Source: Lama glama
Lineage: Eukaryota
Reading direction: 5' to 3'
Length of the DNA stretch: 64,000 nucleotides
Assembly (NCBI GenBank): GCA_028534125.1
Contig: CM052817.1
Location: 56,546,001 to 56,610,000 of the forward strand
Part shown: positions 40,041 through 53,530 of the stretch, piece by piece
How positions within the stretch are numbered: position 1 is the stretch's first letter
How the letters are laid out: each line of letters starts with the position of its first letter
Program-made: the position numbers and the translations under genes
The notes under the pieces: model-generated
Told to the model about the DNA's origin: nothing
What the model saw: the letters and a program-made list of their open reading frames with translations, nothing else
Database searches by the model: none

Positions 40041-43000
40041 TTTAAACTCAAATGTATTTAGGCAAATTGAGAGAGTTCTCATAAAGTGTGTGTGGCCACA
40101 ATAAAGGAAAATGGTCTCCAAGAAACAGGGAACAAGGGACTAGACTGCTGCTGAACTCTCCTTCAGTCTCTCTCCTCTATCTCTTTCCTTCTAACCTCAC
40201 TCCCCTGCACCCGTGCATAGCCTCTTGGTTTCTTTGGCAGAGCCAGTCTTTAACGCAGAAAACAACTGCTATAGCACAACCGTCTCACTACAAGACATGG
40301 GGTACGAACGCATTGCTCTATTTCTAGTTCAAGACTTCCAGTACTTGCCGCTGAAGATCCCAGCTGGTTTGGATGCCCATTTTCATTGAAACTAACCATC
40401 ACCAGGATTCCAAGAGAATATGAGGACATAGAAATCCCACTGAAACCACATGGTTGGAGTGGGAGAGATAGGTCTTCCTAGAAGATGCGGGGATGAATGC
40501 CAACCAGACCCGCAATCCTTCTTCATACGGCTCTATCTCATATTTCATTTCAAAGGAGATTAGCAGCACTCTGGGAAACTCTGCTACAAATTGGCCAGGC
40601 TACATAAACATTTGGCCTTGCAGTTTATAGTGGTTCTATGACCTACTCTTTTTGGTCACCTCCCTGCCTGGTGTTAAGAACATAATTGCTTATGAATCCA
40701 TAGGTATGAGGAAAGCTCCAGCAGGATTTCTGTGTAGAGCATTGTTTTTAAACTGCTGAAATATACCCTAAAGGCTTGGTTAAGGTGTTTAAATAATGCA
40801 TAATACTGAGAGTCAGCTTACAATTCATGCTGCTTTTCTCCAGGTCAAGCATCAAAGGGAAAAAATAGCATCATATGTTACTTCTTCCTTTCAACAAATT
40901 TTTGTTATAAAAGAGCAGATCTAAGTTGTTCAAAATGTTCCTTTACCAACTCAAAGGGGACAAAATTATGTTCCTTTCAATTTTTCAAATAGAGTGAATG
41001 ATGCCACTATTTATATCTAACGCAGAATTTGTCTGTATGGTCTTGGCCACCTGCAATAGAAGTACTGGTATTCTTGTTAAATCTACTGAATTGAACCTTG
41101 ATGGGTTGACATCAGTAAATGTACACTTTTTTTTAAAAAAAGGCCTTAAGTAATTCTTATGAACAAATTTTGAAAAACATTGAAAGTATGAATATTCTGT
41201 ATAGTTCCACACATCACTGCCTTTCACATATCTAGTATCTGGTCAAATCATATAGATTTTTTCCAGTGCAGATTTATCTATTCAGGACACAATTCTTAAG
41301 TGCCCAATATGTGTTTTACAGAGTGCTTCTTTTATTTCCCTTCAACTACATCCGTTTTAACCAACTGCTAATCCAAGATGACTGCATCATTCATTTGTTT
41401 ATTCATTCTGCCACTCAGTTAATATAAGACACTTATTTTACACCACATACTTTATAGATACCGTGGATACAAATGAATCCAGCACAGTCACTGCCTGGGC
41501 TCACAAAACAGGAGCAATCAGACACTAGACATACTCCGGTGTAGACGGATGAGTGCTGTGATGCACAAGATGCCCCACAGTGGGCAAAAGGAAACCACTG
41601 CAACAAGTCTCTTAGAAGCATATACCTACTCCAAACTTTATATTTATTTTGATATAGTTTTACTAAAGTTATCCACTGATGTTATTGCTTCAATCAATCC
41701 ATAAAATTTATCTGAACACCTATCATGCACAGGACAATGTTCTAAGTACTGATTAGAAAATACAAAACTATGAGATTTGCTTTTGAATTCATTGAGGTTG
41801 TTAATGAGATAACACACTGTTAAACAGAAAGACATTTAAACATCCTGTAATGAATGTCTACCATTCAGTGACTTGAGTCTAAAATATTCACAAGTAAATT
41901 CAAACCCCTTTGCTAGAGCACAACTATGGATAATCCTAATTTCTTCTGTTCTGATTTCTAGAGCTGTCACCAAATCTACCCACAAATTCTTGCTAAAGTC
42001 ATCTGTATTTTCCCTTTGAGCTTTCCCTTATATTCCTTAGTCCCTGAACACCTGCTGATTTTCTGAACAAACATAATGACAAATTTCTGTTTGCTTCATA
42101 CATCTAAAGAACAAGTTAAGAAAAACTACATTGCTGTGTATTTAAATTTGTGCCTTTGTTTTATTTACCTTGTTCTCAGCTATTCTCTGAGATGGTGTAT
42201 CATCAAGTTCTTCCTTCTTCTAGGAATGCTCTTTACCTCAATCCTTATTTGATTTCTACTCATTCCTCAAGTTTCAGTTTAAAAGACTCAGCCTTAACAA
42301 TTTCAATTCCCTTCTTCAAACCCAAGCCAGTTTCCCTGTTACACTATCTCTAGAAGTTGGATTTTCCCTTTAGAGTAGGTGTAATAAGTTTTATTGTTGG
42401 TTGGTATATATGTTCAGTAATCTCTCTCCTCCCGTAAAATGTAATTTTATGAGGACCAGAATAGTACTTTTTAGTCACCATTTTTTTGCATGCAGCACAT
42501 AAGTTCTTGGCTAGTTTACCGTAGGTATACAAAAACTAATTTAGAGTAGATAAATTACAAAAACAAAATTTTAAATTGTATTTCAGTATATGAGAGAATC
42601 AATGCTAAACAGAATATCTTAAGTATAATTACATTTATTATCTCTACCACTTTCTGCAGTTAAGAATCTGAGTATATATTAACATGTTTTTAATCGTTAC
42701 GCAGCTGTTCCTTGAGTTTATGTGTAGTATTTGTGATTAAATTAGGAAACATTAAAGGTTAAGGGATTTTGCCTTTTGCATCCTCTGCACAGCTCAGAGT
42801 ATTTAGAATGACACTGAGCATACTGCAGGTTCTTAATACTGCTTAGTGAATCAAATTGAGTTGAACTGAATTGAAATGAGCCAAAGAAGAAACTTCATAA
42901 CATTCTGCCTTCTGAGTTTGGCAGATAGAACACTGAAGTGCCAGTTAGAATGACTGTACTTTAGCTCTCAACTAGCCAGTGATTTGAAGCCATCTGAAAG

Positions 43001-43439
43001 CTTTCCAATTTTCCATCTACAGAATGAGGATAATGCCTGTCATCTTCAGGAGGATGCCATGAAGATTATATACCACCTTTACATGAAAAAAGCTTAATAA
43101 TATGAAGTATTGTCATTCAATACCTGAGCAAGTTAAGCACAGAGCTGCAAGTAATATAATTAAGGTTTAATTCACATAGGTAGAAATCTGTTAGAGTAGA
43201 GAAAGATACTTAGAGAAAGTTGTAAAATAAATTTTTGGTGATTTGACGACACATCTCTTTGACTTACTAATTCTGGGGTGCCTTTGGAGTCTTATCTGGT
43301 TTTAGATCTTGGAGAAGAGTATGAGGCTTGCACTAATAACATGTAAAACTTCTCTATTGCTGATAAAAGTTTGTGGTTGATATTATATTTACCCAGTTGT
43401 ATCATGCAAACTCCAAAAATAATGAAGCTAGCAGGACAG

Positions 43440-43930
43440 TATTTCTAATGGTCCTCTGGCATACTTTTGTCTACCAAGCAACTAATCTATTAAGAGAATT
43501 ATCCGTCCCCAACAGTATGAGACTGTTCAATCATACTCCTTCCATTACCACAATCTCCATGATAAGGTTGAGCATACAAGTGTACATATGACCCAAGGAA
43601 GGTCAATTAGAAGCATGTTGGTGAAATCAATAAGCATGTTACATGGAAGAAGGATTCCTTCAATCAAATACTGCAAGTCCCTTAGACGTTATTAATCAGG
43701 ATCAACCAGAGGGTGTCACTGTTGCCAGATGTAGAAAGGCTGCCTAAGAATAAAGTCACCACTGCAGAAAGAAGAACCAAGAGATTGAGAGAGAAAAAGG
43801 CAAATATTTGATGAAACAGTTGGAAGAGGAAAAACATTTTTTCCTGTAACCATTATCCATCATTAGACTTGCAAGTAGTCATGTATAACTACATTGCTTT
43901 TATATTAACCAAATTGGAGTTGGGTTTTAA
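43440..43930 (+). mobile_element. Old MaLR (MLT1J/K/L-like) LTR
   Basis: 'atgacccaaggaaggtcaattagaa', 'gaataaagtcaccactgcagaaagaagaaccaagagattgagaga', 'accaaattggagttgggtttt'. Confidence 0.5.
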
Positions 43931-45070
43931 AACTTTCATAACCCTTCTTGCAAACTCTCCTTCATGCAGAATAGGAATCTTCTGTCTCATCTTCATTTTC
44001 CCTGTCCCATATCAATAAACTCAATAACAGCCTCAATGAACACAATAACAACTTTCACAATTTGGAAGCTTTATGAGTATTATTTTTCTGAGAACTCTGA
44101 AGTGATAGACTATAACAGTTGTGAATAAGTAGGAAGTCTGAAAACAGGATTTCACGTTGATTGTGTTTAGCATGAGTTTACTCATGAAAAAAAGTCATTT
44201 CACTATTTTATTATCATAACATCCTATCTGAGTTGTACCTGACTTAATTGTCCTCAAAAATAAAAACTATAGTAGAGATATATTCATAAAATGTTATAGA
44301 GAGAGTCTTGATATAGGACTTCACTCAGTGCTTACATTTTCAAACAAGTGGCCATTTGGTACACCTGATCCCTCTAGTAACAAAAACAGAAACAGAATCA
44401 TCAGCCCTGAGGAATACATTCCATTTGGGAGAAGTTTTGTTTGAGAGAAAGCTGTTTTTTTTTTTTAATAGTGATCTGAAATCTCCTTGCTTTGACTTTG
44501 TTTTGGCCGATGGTGTTTGTCCTTTCGTTCCGCAATCTGAAGATCAGACCACTTCTCTTTTGTTCATCACTGCAGTATGACCACACAGTAAATATGTGTA
44601 CTATTTGTTATATATGTGAATGAATATTTCTGAATAAATAAAATCATAAATTAACTCATGAGTAAATAAACTGATGGACAGATACTCTCTGCGACCATGT
44701 AGAATAATTCCAATATTGAAAAATAACTCTGTGGTACTAAGCATTCAGTTTTTCAAGTCGAACAGCTTTTTATTTCAAACTGGTAGTCAAACTCTTCACT
44801 ATCCTGATTGTTATTGTAAGATTAATTCCAGTCTGTTAATGTCTCTTTAGAAGCACATTCTTCTATGATTCTATGATTGCATCCTAAGAACCTAATAATT
44901 TTTCCTTTTGTATTTTGTTTGTTTTTGTTTGTTTGTTAATCAGTGCATCATACTGTTGACTCAAAATGAATATGGAGTAAGCTAAAATCCTAGGATGTCT
45001 CAAATACTGCACTTGTGTGAATTTTTATATTTTTCATAACAAAATTCCTGTTGCTAGATTGAATCCATCA

Positions 45071-45420
45071 AAATCCAATTTTTGATATTAACTATATTAT
45101 CAAATAGATCTGTCTTTTAGTTTGATGAATTTGGTACATTTTTACCTATTATGATGTTTTTATACAAAAATATACTGAATAGAAGAAGAAGCACTCACTA
45201 CATATTTTTGAATAAAGAAAATCAGTGAATACAAAAAAATAAATGAAATCCAATTTTTGATATTAACTATATTATCAAATAGATCTGTCTTTTAGTTTGA
45301 TGAATTTGGTACATTTTTACCTATTATGATGTTTTTATACAAAAATATATTGAATAGAAGAAGAAGCACTCACTACATATTTCTGAATAAAGAAAATCAG
45401 TGAATACAAAAAAATCAATG
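45071..45420. repeat. Direct tandem duplication, 2 x 175 bp, 3 mismatches
   Basis: Copy 1 is 45071-45245 and copy 2 is 45246-45420; both begin aaatccaatttttgatattaac. Confidence 0.97.
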
Positions 45421-46524
45421 ATGTATTCAATCCAGTTCTAATTTAGGATAAGCAAGGATCAGAACTTTTGGCAATCACAGGTTTCTAATCATTAAAGAAA
45501 ACCTGGCCATATCACTTTTTGCACTCAGTATTGCAACATGCTAATGAGAACATAAATATTCTAGCTAGGACATCTATCAGGAGAAGGTACGGACTTATCT
45601 TGGAGCTTTATTGTAGACAGTGGCACTTTGTTTTCACCTGATGTGTTGCCAATTTAGTGTTTGCCTGATTGCAATAAATCTTCTTTGACATGCACTTAAT
45701 ATGAGCTTTTAGATATATATTGAATCTGAAAAAAAAGAGGAAGAATTGCTGTTGATTTGGTCTTCTCTTCCATTTCACAGACAAAATTTAGGAAGAGCAG
45801 CAAGAAACATACAAGAGAAGCATATGCCTAATGGAAAGAAGTAGGTCTTGAAAACATCCAAGGGAAGCCCATGCCACTGAACAGCTAATTAGTGTCTTCA
45901 TTAGTGCTTTACAACAAGAAATATGAGCATGAAGGGAGGAAACTCCCAGATTTCTCCGGAGAGATTACAAAACAAAGTACTCCTTGATCTGATCTCATCT
46001 GTTCTTCTCTTTTGTCTTTACAGACAAAGAGGAGACATAAATAAGCTCCCACCTTCTGCCAAGGGCTGCACTGCATGCCAATTATTTAAATGATGAAGGA
46101 GGAGAGATGCCTATTGGGAAGCGCACTTAAAAGGAGAGAAAGAGGCCAAAACACCTTTATCACAGTAATAGATCCATTCCCCCTTTATTCCAGATTTGTG
46201 CACATTTAAGACGGAAACCAAGAGGCCTTGAGCTGTAAATTCTTGTTCCTTTACTTTGCATAGGCTTAACTAGATAAGCCCTTAGAAGTACAGCTTCTTA
46301 CACATAGCAAAAGGAGGGAGATTCTAGCAAGTTCCTTCAAAACAGCAGTTGTTCCCTCAGAATCAACATCATCTTGAAAGAATAAGGTCGTATTTAACTA
46401 AAACATCCTACTGCCAGGTTCTCCTGAAAGATAACAGAATTTAGATTTTAATCCCCAAGACTTTTCAGAAATAATAGTTGATAGCTGATATTGTAATATT
46501 TATGATATAAACTAAAATATGTTA

Positions 46525-46885
46525 GTATAAATGAATCTGATTGCTATTGCTACATAACAAACCCCTCTAAAACTCAATGGCAATCTAAGTTGAGCTCAGC
46601 TGGGTAGTTCTGCCTTGGGCTTCAGCAACCAAATGGCTGTTTCCCACTGCAGGTGCGTGGACTGCCAGCCACAGCACGTTATTTTCACAGCAATGCACAT
46701 GTGCAAGAGAGTAAGCAGACACACAGGAGGCTTCTAGGGTCTCAGCTCAGAAATCTGTCACATCTACCTCATTATATTGGCAGAAACAAATCCATGAGCC
46801 CAAGTTTGAGGAACTGTGAAGTCACATGGCAAAAAGCATGGATACAGGAGGAGGAAAACTGGCACCAAGGAGGCAAACTACCACA
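46525..46885 (-). mobile_element. MaLR MLT1-type LTR
   Basis: 'gctattgctacataacaaacccctctaaaactcaatggc', 'gctcagctgggtagttctgc', 'gaactgtgaagtcacatggcaaaaagcatggatacagg'. Confidence 0.75.
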
Positions 46886-49539
46886 GTGAAAAGTAAATGT
46901 ATATTTTGACTAGAGGATTAGCACTTGGCTCATAGAAGAAAAGCTGTATCAGTGGAAACCAGAATTAATAAAGGTTATATGAAATAAAAATTGTCGTCAA
47001 GATGTTAGATATGCCTAGAAACAAATACCCATGGCAAATTGTGATTGGACATTACTCAAAGTTTTCAGTGTAGCAGCTTATTGTCTGTTTGCATATATGA
47101 ATTCCTTTAAAAATTGGAAAAGACTGCAACTGGGAATGTCAGGAATGGATGAAGGCAGGTATTCTTAGAAGTGTGCATGACATGAGGAAACAGTGAGGAC
47201 AATGGGAGGTACAGTACAGAGTTTAAAAAAAAATTTTTTTTTAAAGATTGGTATTAGTTCAAAGGGTTTTGTGGAAACTTAAAGACTTTTGAATAAATAC
47301 TTAAAATGACAAAAGTAGTGAAGTGGGAGGAAAAATCTGCCTGGGTATGTCAGATTGAGAGGAATGGGAGAGTCCAGAAGGCAGGATTCTAGGTAGAAGG
47401 CTGCTAAAAAGACTGAAGACATGGCCCTCAACTGGGTGTGAAGCATAGTGACAAAGGAAGGAGGAAGAGTAAGTGACAGCACTTGGGAGGTGACAGGATT
47501 GAGAAGTTGTAAAGAAGGCAGAGAATTCAAAGACTTCAACTCAAAGTTCTCAAGTCTGGGTGACCAGACACATGAAAATATGTTTGCTTAACACAAATCA
47601 AGAGTAGGACTCATTTCAGTGAGAATTCTGGATGAAGGGAATGTGTGTGTGTTCTGAGGTGAAAGAATCTGTGGCCAATTCAAGATATTAAAAAACAAAA
47701 CCAAGAACAAAACAGGAGAAGATGAAGAACACCAATATGATTGGAATTTAGCAAGTTATGTAGAGAGAGAGTACGAGAGAAAGTGTTGACCACTAAGACT
47801 GGAGAAGTAACCAGAAACCACATAGTAAGGCTTTTAACTCAAGTTAAATATTTGAAACTTTGTGAACAACAGCAGGAAGCTGTAAGCACAATAAAACATG
47901 ATATGACCAGTATTTTCGAAAGATCAATCTGATGTCTGATTTGACATAGGTAAGGAAATTATTAACCAAACTAATTATATACAGTATACACTGTCTTTCA
48001 GCATGAAAGCGTCACCACTGAAATTATGTCAAAATGCCTTCTGTGTAAACAAGATAACTAAAATGGGTTAAACATTTTTTCTTCTGAACAATAAAGAAAA
48101 AAGTCATAATTCCTGTTTTGCAAATTAAAATATGCATCTTTCTTCATAGTAATAACTTTAACTACTTGGGGACTGTTTAGGAACTCCATGATTATTAACA
48201 ACGAAATAAAATTTGTGAAAATTAAACTGATAGGCAAACATTCAGATATATCAAAAGATTATTTACTAAGAAGCAGTAACAATATGGTTGTCTAAGAAGA
48301 AAACCACTGTTATTTTACCTAATCAAAATCCATTGTGTTTGGCTGGAACCCACTGGTTCTGGCATGCTGACTCTACTAACAACTGTGTTTTCAGGTTGGA
48401 GAGACAGATATATCAAATATTTCTTTACTGTGGTATAACTTCCCAGTTTCTCTTCTCTTCTGCCTTGGATATTTTGATACAAAACTGAAATTTACAGAAT
48501 ATTCAGGTAATGATTAAAAAAATTTTTTGATTCAGTACTGATTGGATGGAAAGATGAGCAAAATAAATAGTATATCACATCTTAGTTTTCTAAGTAGACT
48601 ACACATTTTCCTTTTTGTCCACAAAATTGACATTTAAATACACCATGACTGCATATCATTTCTCATCAAAGATGTATCTCTTCCTGAAGATGATTAAAGA
48701 TTGTGTATATTCACATATAAATGTATCACCTACACCTTTAATTTAAATGAAATAGTGTTTTTTTTAACTTAACCTTTTAAACTTATGAAAAATTGTAAAA
48801 GCTAAAGTCAGAGTGAAGTTATTCCACTTTCACCTTAGCCAAAGTTATTAAATTTGACTAAAGATAGGTAAAGAAGTCAGATCAGCAGATTTCATAGTAG
48901 AGAAGGCAGAGCTATTCTCCAGTGTTGGATGCAGGATGGATCTTTAGGGCACCTGGAACATACACAGTTGTAGATCCAAAATGTGAGTCAGAGAGAGCCA
49001 GGTCACAACTTGAGGAAGCTCAAGTATCCCCTTTCAGATACAGAGTTACACGCAGGAGGTATTAGCAGTCCTGCCTCTGTAGGTGCTGGAGACCATTGTT
49101 ACCCGCTGGGGCACTTCTTAACCTTAAACTTACACAGTGCACTCTGTGATTCCCACTAGCATGTATGTGGCATGAGGGGAGGAATGGTCTGTTTTGTTCA
49201 TTGCTCTACCCTCGGCATCAGGAACTGAGTCTGGGCATACAATAAGGATTCAGTAACAGCTGCTGAATGCTGAATAAATAAATGGGGATTTCTGGAATAA
49301 AGTACACAATACACTTTGGCTGGAAACAACTCTTTATCCATCACTCTCAACATCTTGAGATAACACAGTTTGGCTGAGCTTGTAACTGTAGAAATGGAAA
49401 AAGGGGCAGTCATGTCACTGGGAGTTATGCTAATCAGATCTTAGACTAGCTGTAAGGCCTATTGTGTATTGCCTGGATTGTTCTCCAGTTTCAGATTTAT
49501 TTATTTTTATTTTTTAATTTTTTTTTTGTAATTTAGGAA

Positions 49540-50300
49540 CATCTATTTTTTTCTGTAAGAATTTAGAAGACAATCTGATTTTTTAAAAAATCAGTATTTG
49601 GACTATATCTCATTAAATTAATATATTATTTTGAGAAAAGTGACACATATACTTAGCTGCCCAATCCAATTGTTTTCCTACTTATTAAAGCCCTATTTTA
49701 TGACCCTAAGAAATTTTATAACTTGTTTTTCATATAAGCCTTGCATAGTTTTTGTTAAGTTTATTTCTAAGTACTTTATATATTATTTGCCTATTGTAAA
49801 TGAGATGTTTTACTTGATTGTATTTTCTCATTGGATTTGTTTGTATATAGAAAGATAAGTACTTTAATATGTAAGTATTGGGTGCAGCTACATTACTGAA
49901 TGTTCTTATTAATCATAATCATATTCTGTTTCACTCTTGAGTTATACAATTATGTCATCTGCAATAACAAATATTTTTCTTTTAATGTATTATTTTTTCA
50001 CAACTAATTATAACACTAGTAACTAGAACAATTTCAAATTAGTTAACTAAAAGTAAATTAAACTGTCTTGACTGTGAAATTCTGGTATTTCATGATAAGA
50101 TATAACACTAAATAAACAAATAAAATATATATATACACATTAAAGTTATCCATATATCCATATTTTACTAAGAATTTTTTTATCTAAAAATATTTTTAGC
50201 CAATGTATGTTTAGTATTTCTAGCAATCACATGATTTTTATTTTGAATTACCATGGTGAATTATTAACAGATTTCCTAATCATAGAAACATGATTACATG
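49540..50300 (-). mobile_element. Very old L1ME-type fragment
   Basis: 'ttgttaagtttatttctaagtacttt', 'tacaattatgtcatctgcaa' (antisense RT ADD motif). Confidence 0.7.
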
Positions 50301-50469
50301 CCTGCTATAGTTGGATATACTAATGCTACACTATAATATTATACATATATACATTACAATATTATATCATAATAACACATGAATGAGTAGTTTATATTTT
50401 AACTTTCACAAATGTAATTGTTTTGTAGTTGTTTGTATGGGAAAAAGTATGTATCTGTGTGGATGTATA

Positions 50470-52660
50470 CACAGGCTGGTAGTGTGCCAGCCATGAATAT
50501 GCATCTATCAAATTTCTGACTTCAGGAGTGTAAGTAACCCCAGCTGCCAAAGTCTCAAATCCATCACAGCATTTGCTCCAGAGCCAATCATCCCATGGGC
50601 TGCTCCCTCAAAAATACGTGAGCATAATAGGGATACTGAAGTGACTTTGGCCAAAGACTTTCTATGGGCCTTGTGAACTTCTTTAGAACTGGACTGAAAT
50701 CTAAGACTCATCCTTCCAATCTATTTTGTCTTCCTTTCTCCTTTGTAAGGATCAGATGTGGAAGATAGACTTATGACTCTACCAGATCCCTTGACTCACT
50801 TTCATTCTCTTTCACAGGCATGCCTCCTAGTAAATCTCTTTTATGTCTAATCCCATCTTGGTGTCCACTTCTCAGAGGACTCAGACTAACATAAGTGGGG
50901 TCAGAGAAGACAGGCTATTAGATGGGGACGTGAGACTGGCTCACAGTGAACAACAGACTCTAAAATGGGCTGAGGTGGCATAAATAACATCATGGTCCTT
51001 CTGTTAGAATGAGAACTTATGGGGTCAGGTAATAATAAACAAGAGTCCTGGATAGAGTCCAGCTCTCAGTGGCCCACTGTGTCTTCAGACCCACACCAGT
51101 GGTCATTTCCCCAGACTCCAAGAATTAATTGAAATTAATAAGTTTGGCAGTTGAGGTAATACCCACATTGGTTTTTTGCCTGTAAGGTAAGAACTATCAC
51201 AGTAGGAAAGGTCAAGTGAAAATCTTTGAAACTGAATCCCCTACCTTGCCTAAGAATACAATTCAAACACAGTATCACAGGCTAAAGAAATAACAGAGAC
51301 TAGTGAAGTGATTAAGGACCTAAAGAAAGAAAGAGTAACAGCCCCTACCATATCTTCATTTAATTCACAAATTTGGCCCCTGAAGAACTGAATGGATTCT
51401 GGAGAATGACTGCAGACTACCTCCGCCCTGATCACAGCTGCCATGCTAAATGCTGTTAGAAGAGGTTAATAAGATTATTGATTTGGTGAAAGCATTGTTT
51501 CTCACTGCAATTAAAAAACAGAGAGTTCATTTACAGGGCTTCTTAGGTCTCCTGTCCTGTATTATACTATAGTCTGAAGAGATCAAAACCACCTGACTAT
51601 TTAAGAAAATGACACACTGACTCATTATATCAATGACATTATACTTATTGATAAAGTGAGCAAGGGGTGGCTAGTATGCTAAAGCCCATGGTGAGATACA
51701 CACACTTCAGAAGGCGGGAAATAAAGCATATAAATGCTTAAGACCTGTGACTTCTGTGAAGCTTTTAGAGGTTCGGTCATCATGTGTAGTAACAAAGTAA
51801 AAGACAAATTGCTGCATCATTAATTTCTTACTGCATACTACTCTGGCTTCTGGGAAATAATATACTTCATACCTATAGATAAACCAGCCCATATACTGGG
51901 ATACCTGGAAGACTCAAGCTTTAAATGAGTCCCAGAAGGAAAGGATTCTGCAACAAATTCAGGCTGAGGTACAAGAGGCATTACTGCTTACGTCATACAA
52001 TCCAGCAGACACTATGATGTTGGTGGTGTTAAGTGGTGGGAAAAGATGCCATAAAGAGCTGGGCAAGCCCCAGACGGAGTATCACAATGCAGGTCCATGG
52101 GATTCTGGAACAAGACCATAGCCTCTCCAACAGAGAATTATACTGCCTTTGAGAAACTGTTCCTGACACGTTAATGAGTCCTAATAGAAATGGAATTCTT
52201 CATTCTTCGTCCAAGACACAAAGTGACCATACAACTACAATTGCCTTTGTAAACTGGATTCCACTGGACTTCCCAGATCATAAAGTTGGGTTTGCTCAGT
52301 AATAGTTCATCATCAAATAGAAACAGTACATCTGGCAATAAGCCTGAGCTAGACAAGAAGGCACAGTAAGATGTCTGAGAAGTACCCTTCTTTGGACTTG
52401 AACTTAGAGGTATAGAGAGGGTTTACAATAAACCAGCTAAATGAGAAGGAAAAAAAAAATACTGAGCTTGTTTTACACTTGAGTTGGCTCAATACATGTT
52501 CACAAGCCAAAAACAGATGTGAATGGATTGCAGACACAATTAGGGGTATTCCCGAAAGACAGTGGAGAGGAGAATTCTCCCCAAAGAGCAAAGCTGATCC
52601 AGTGCACCTGGTCATCAACTTTAGGTGCAAAACGGCTTGACATGAGAATATATAGATTCT
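50470..52660 (+). mobile_element. Decayed ERVL provirus: 5' LTR (to ~50891), leader, protease, RT and RNase H remnants
   Basis: LTR ends 'ctcagaggactcagactaaca', then 'taagtgg'. Protease/RT remnants read PVVISP (~51097), SSFNSQIWPLK and GFWRMTADY (~51352-51420), and HYINDIILI at 51623-51649 (decayed YIDD). RNase H remnant SGEENSPQRAKL...RIY lies at ~52561-52655. Confidence 0.88.
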
Positions 52661-53289
52661 TAAGCACTACTTTATCTTGAATTTCTTAATGAGTTTGTCT
52701 GTGAATTTTTATGTTATAAAATATTGTTCATATGCACACATAAAAGATATTTAGTTTGGATTATCCATTTTTCCTTTTTAATCTTTCTTAATCATGTATA
52801 TCGGTTTTACATCAGAAATTAACTTCTCTGATATCAAGATGGTTACGCTTCCTTATTTTTGCTGTTTTGTTGCTCACTCAACCTTTTATGTTTAACCACT
52901 CTGAGTTCATTTCATATTTCTCTTACAGGTGACATCAAGTTGAGATTTTGATTGAGATCTGAAAGTAAAATAATTTTCTTTTAATCATCAAGTTTAGTTA
53001 ATTCACATTTATTGATATGACATATTTCACCTTAGTCCTGATAAATTGGTTCATATTGGATGATTTTTTAATGCAATTTTTTTATCTTTTATAAAATGTC
53101 ACCACACTTCCCTTCTCTGAAGATTTTTGTAGATATGGTGGCCATCACATTCTAGTTTGTGATTGCTGTTTTGTTAAGCATAGATTTTGTGTTGCTTCTT
53201 TTGTATTATTACTTATCATTGAGTGCTTTTAATTATGCATGGAAAAAACTGGTGAATCCAGAGCTACATCTGAATTCAGGAAGTACTCT

Positions 53290-53530
53290 GATTTCACAGC
53301 AAAGACTCTTAAATACTGGTTCCTGTGGTTAGGAAAACCTTACTTCTTGCCTATCCGTGGCCTTCTGGTCCTACAATTCCCCAGGTTACAGAAGCTCTTC
53401 CTTCAATTAAATGAACATTACCAGTATCCTTCATATGCAACTCAATTTTGTTTATTTGCTTTATTTTCTTTCTGCCTTAAACTGGGTTGAGCTGGGTTTC
53501 TGTTACTTGAAACTGAAAGAAAGCTGATAA
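53290..53530 (+). mobile_element. MaLR LTR 3' fragment
   Basis: 'cttaaactgggttgagctgggtttctgttacttgaaactgaaagaaagctgataa' matches an MLT1 end. Confidence 0.6.
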
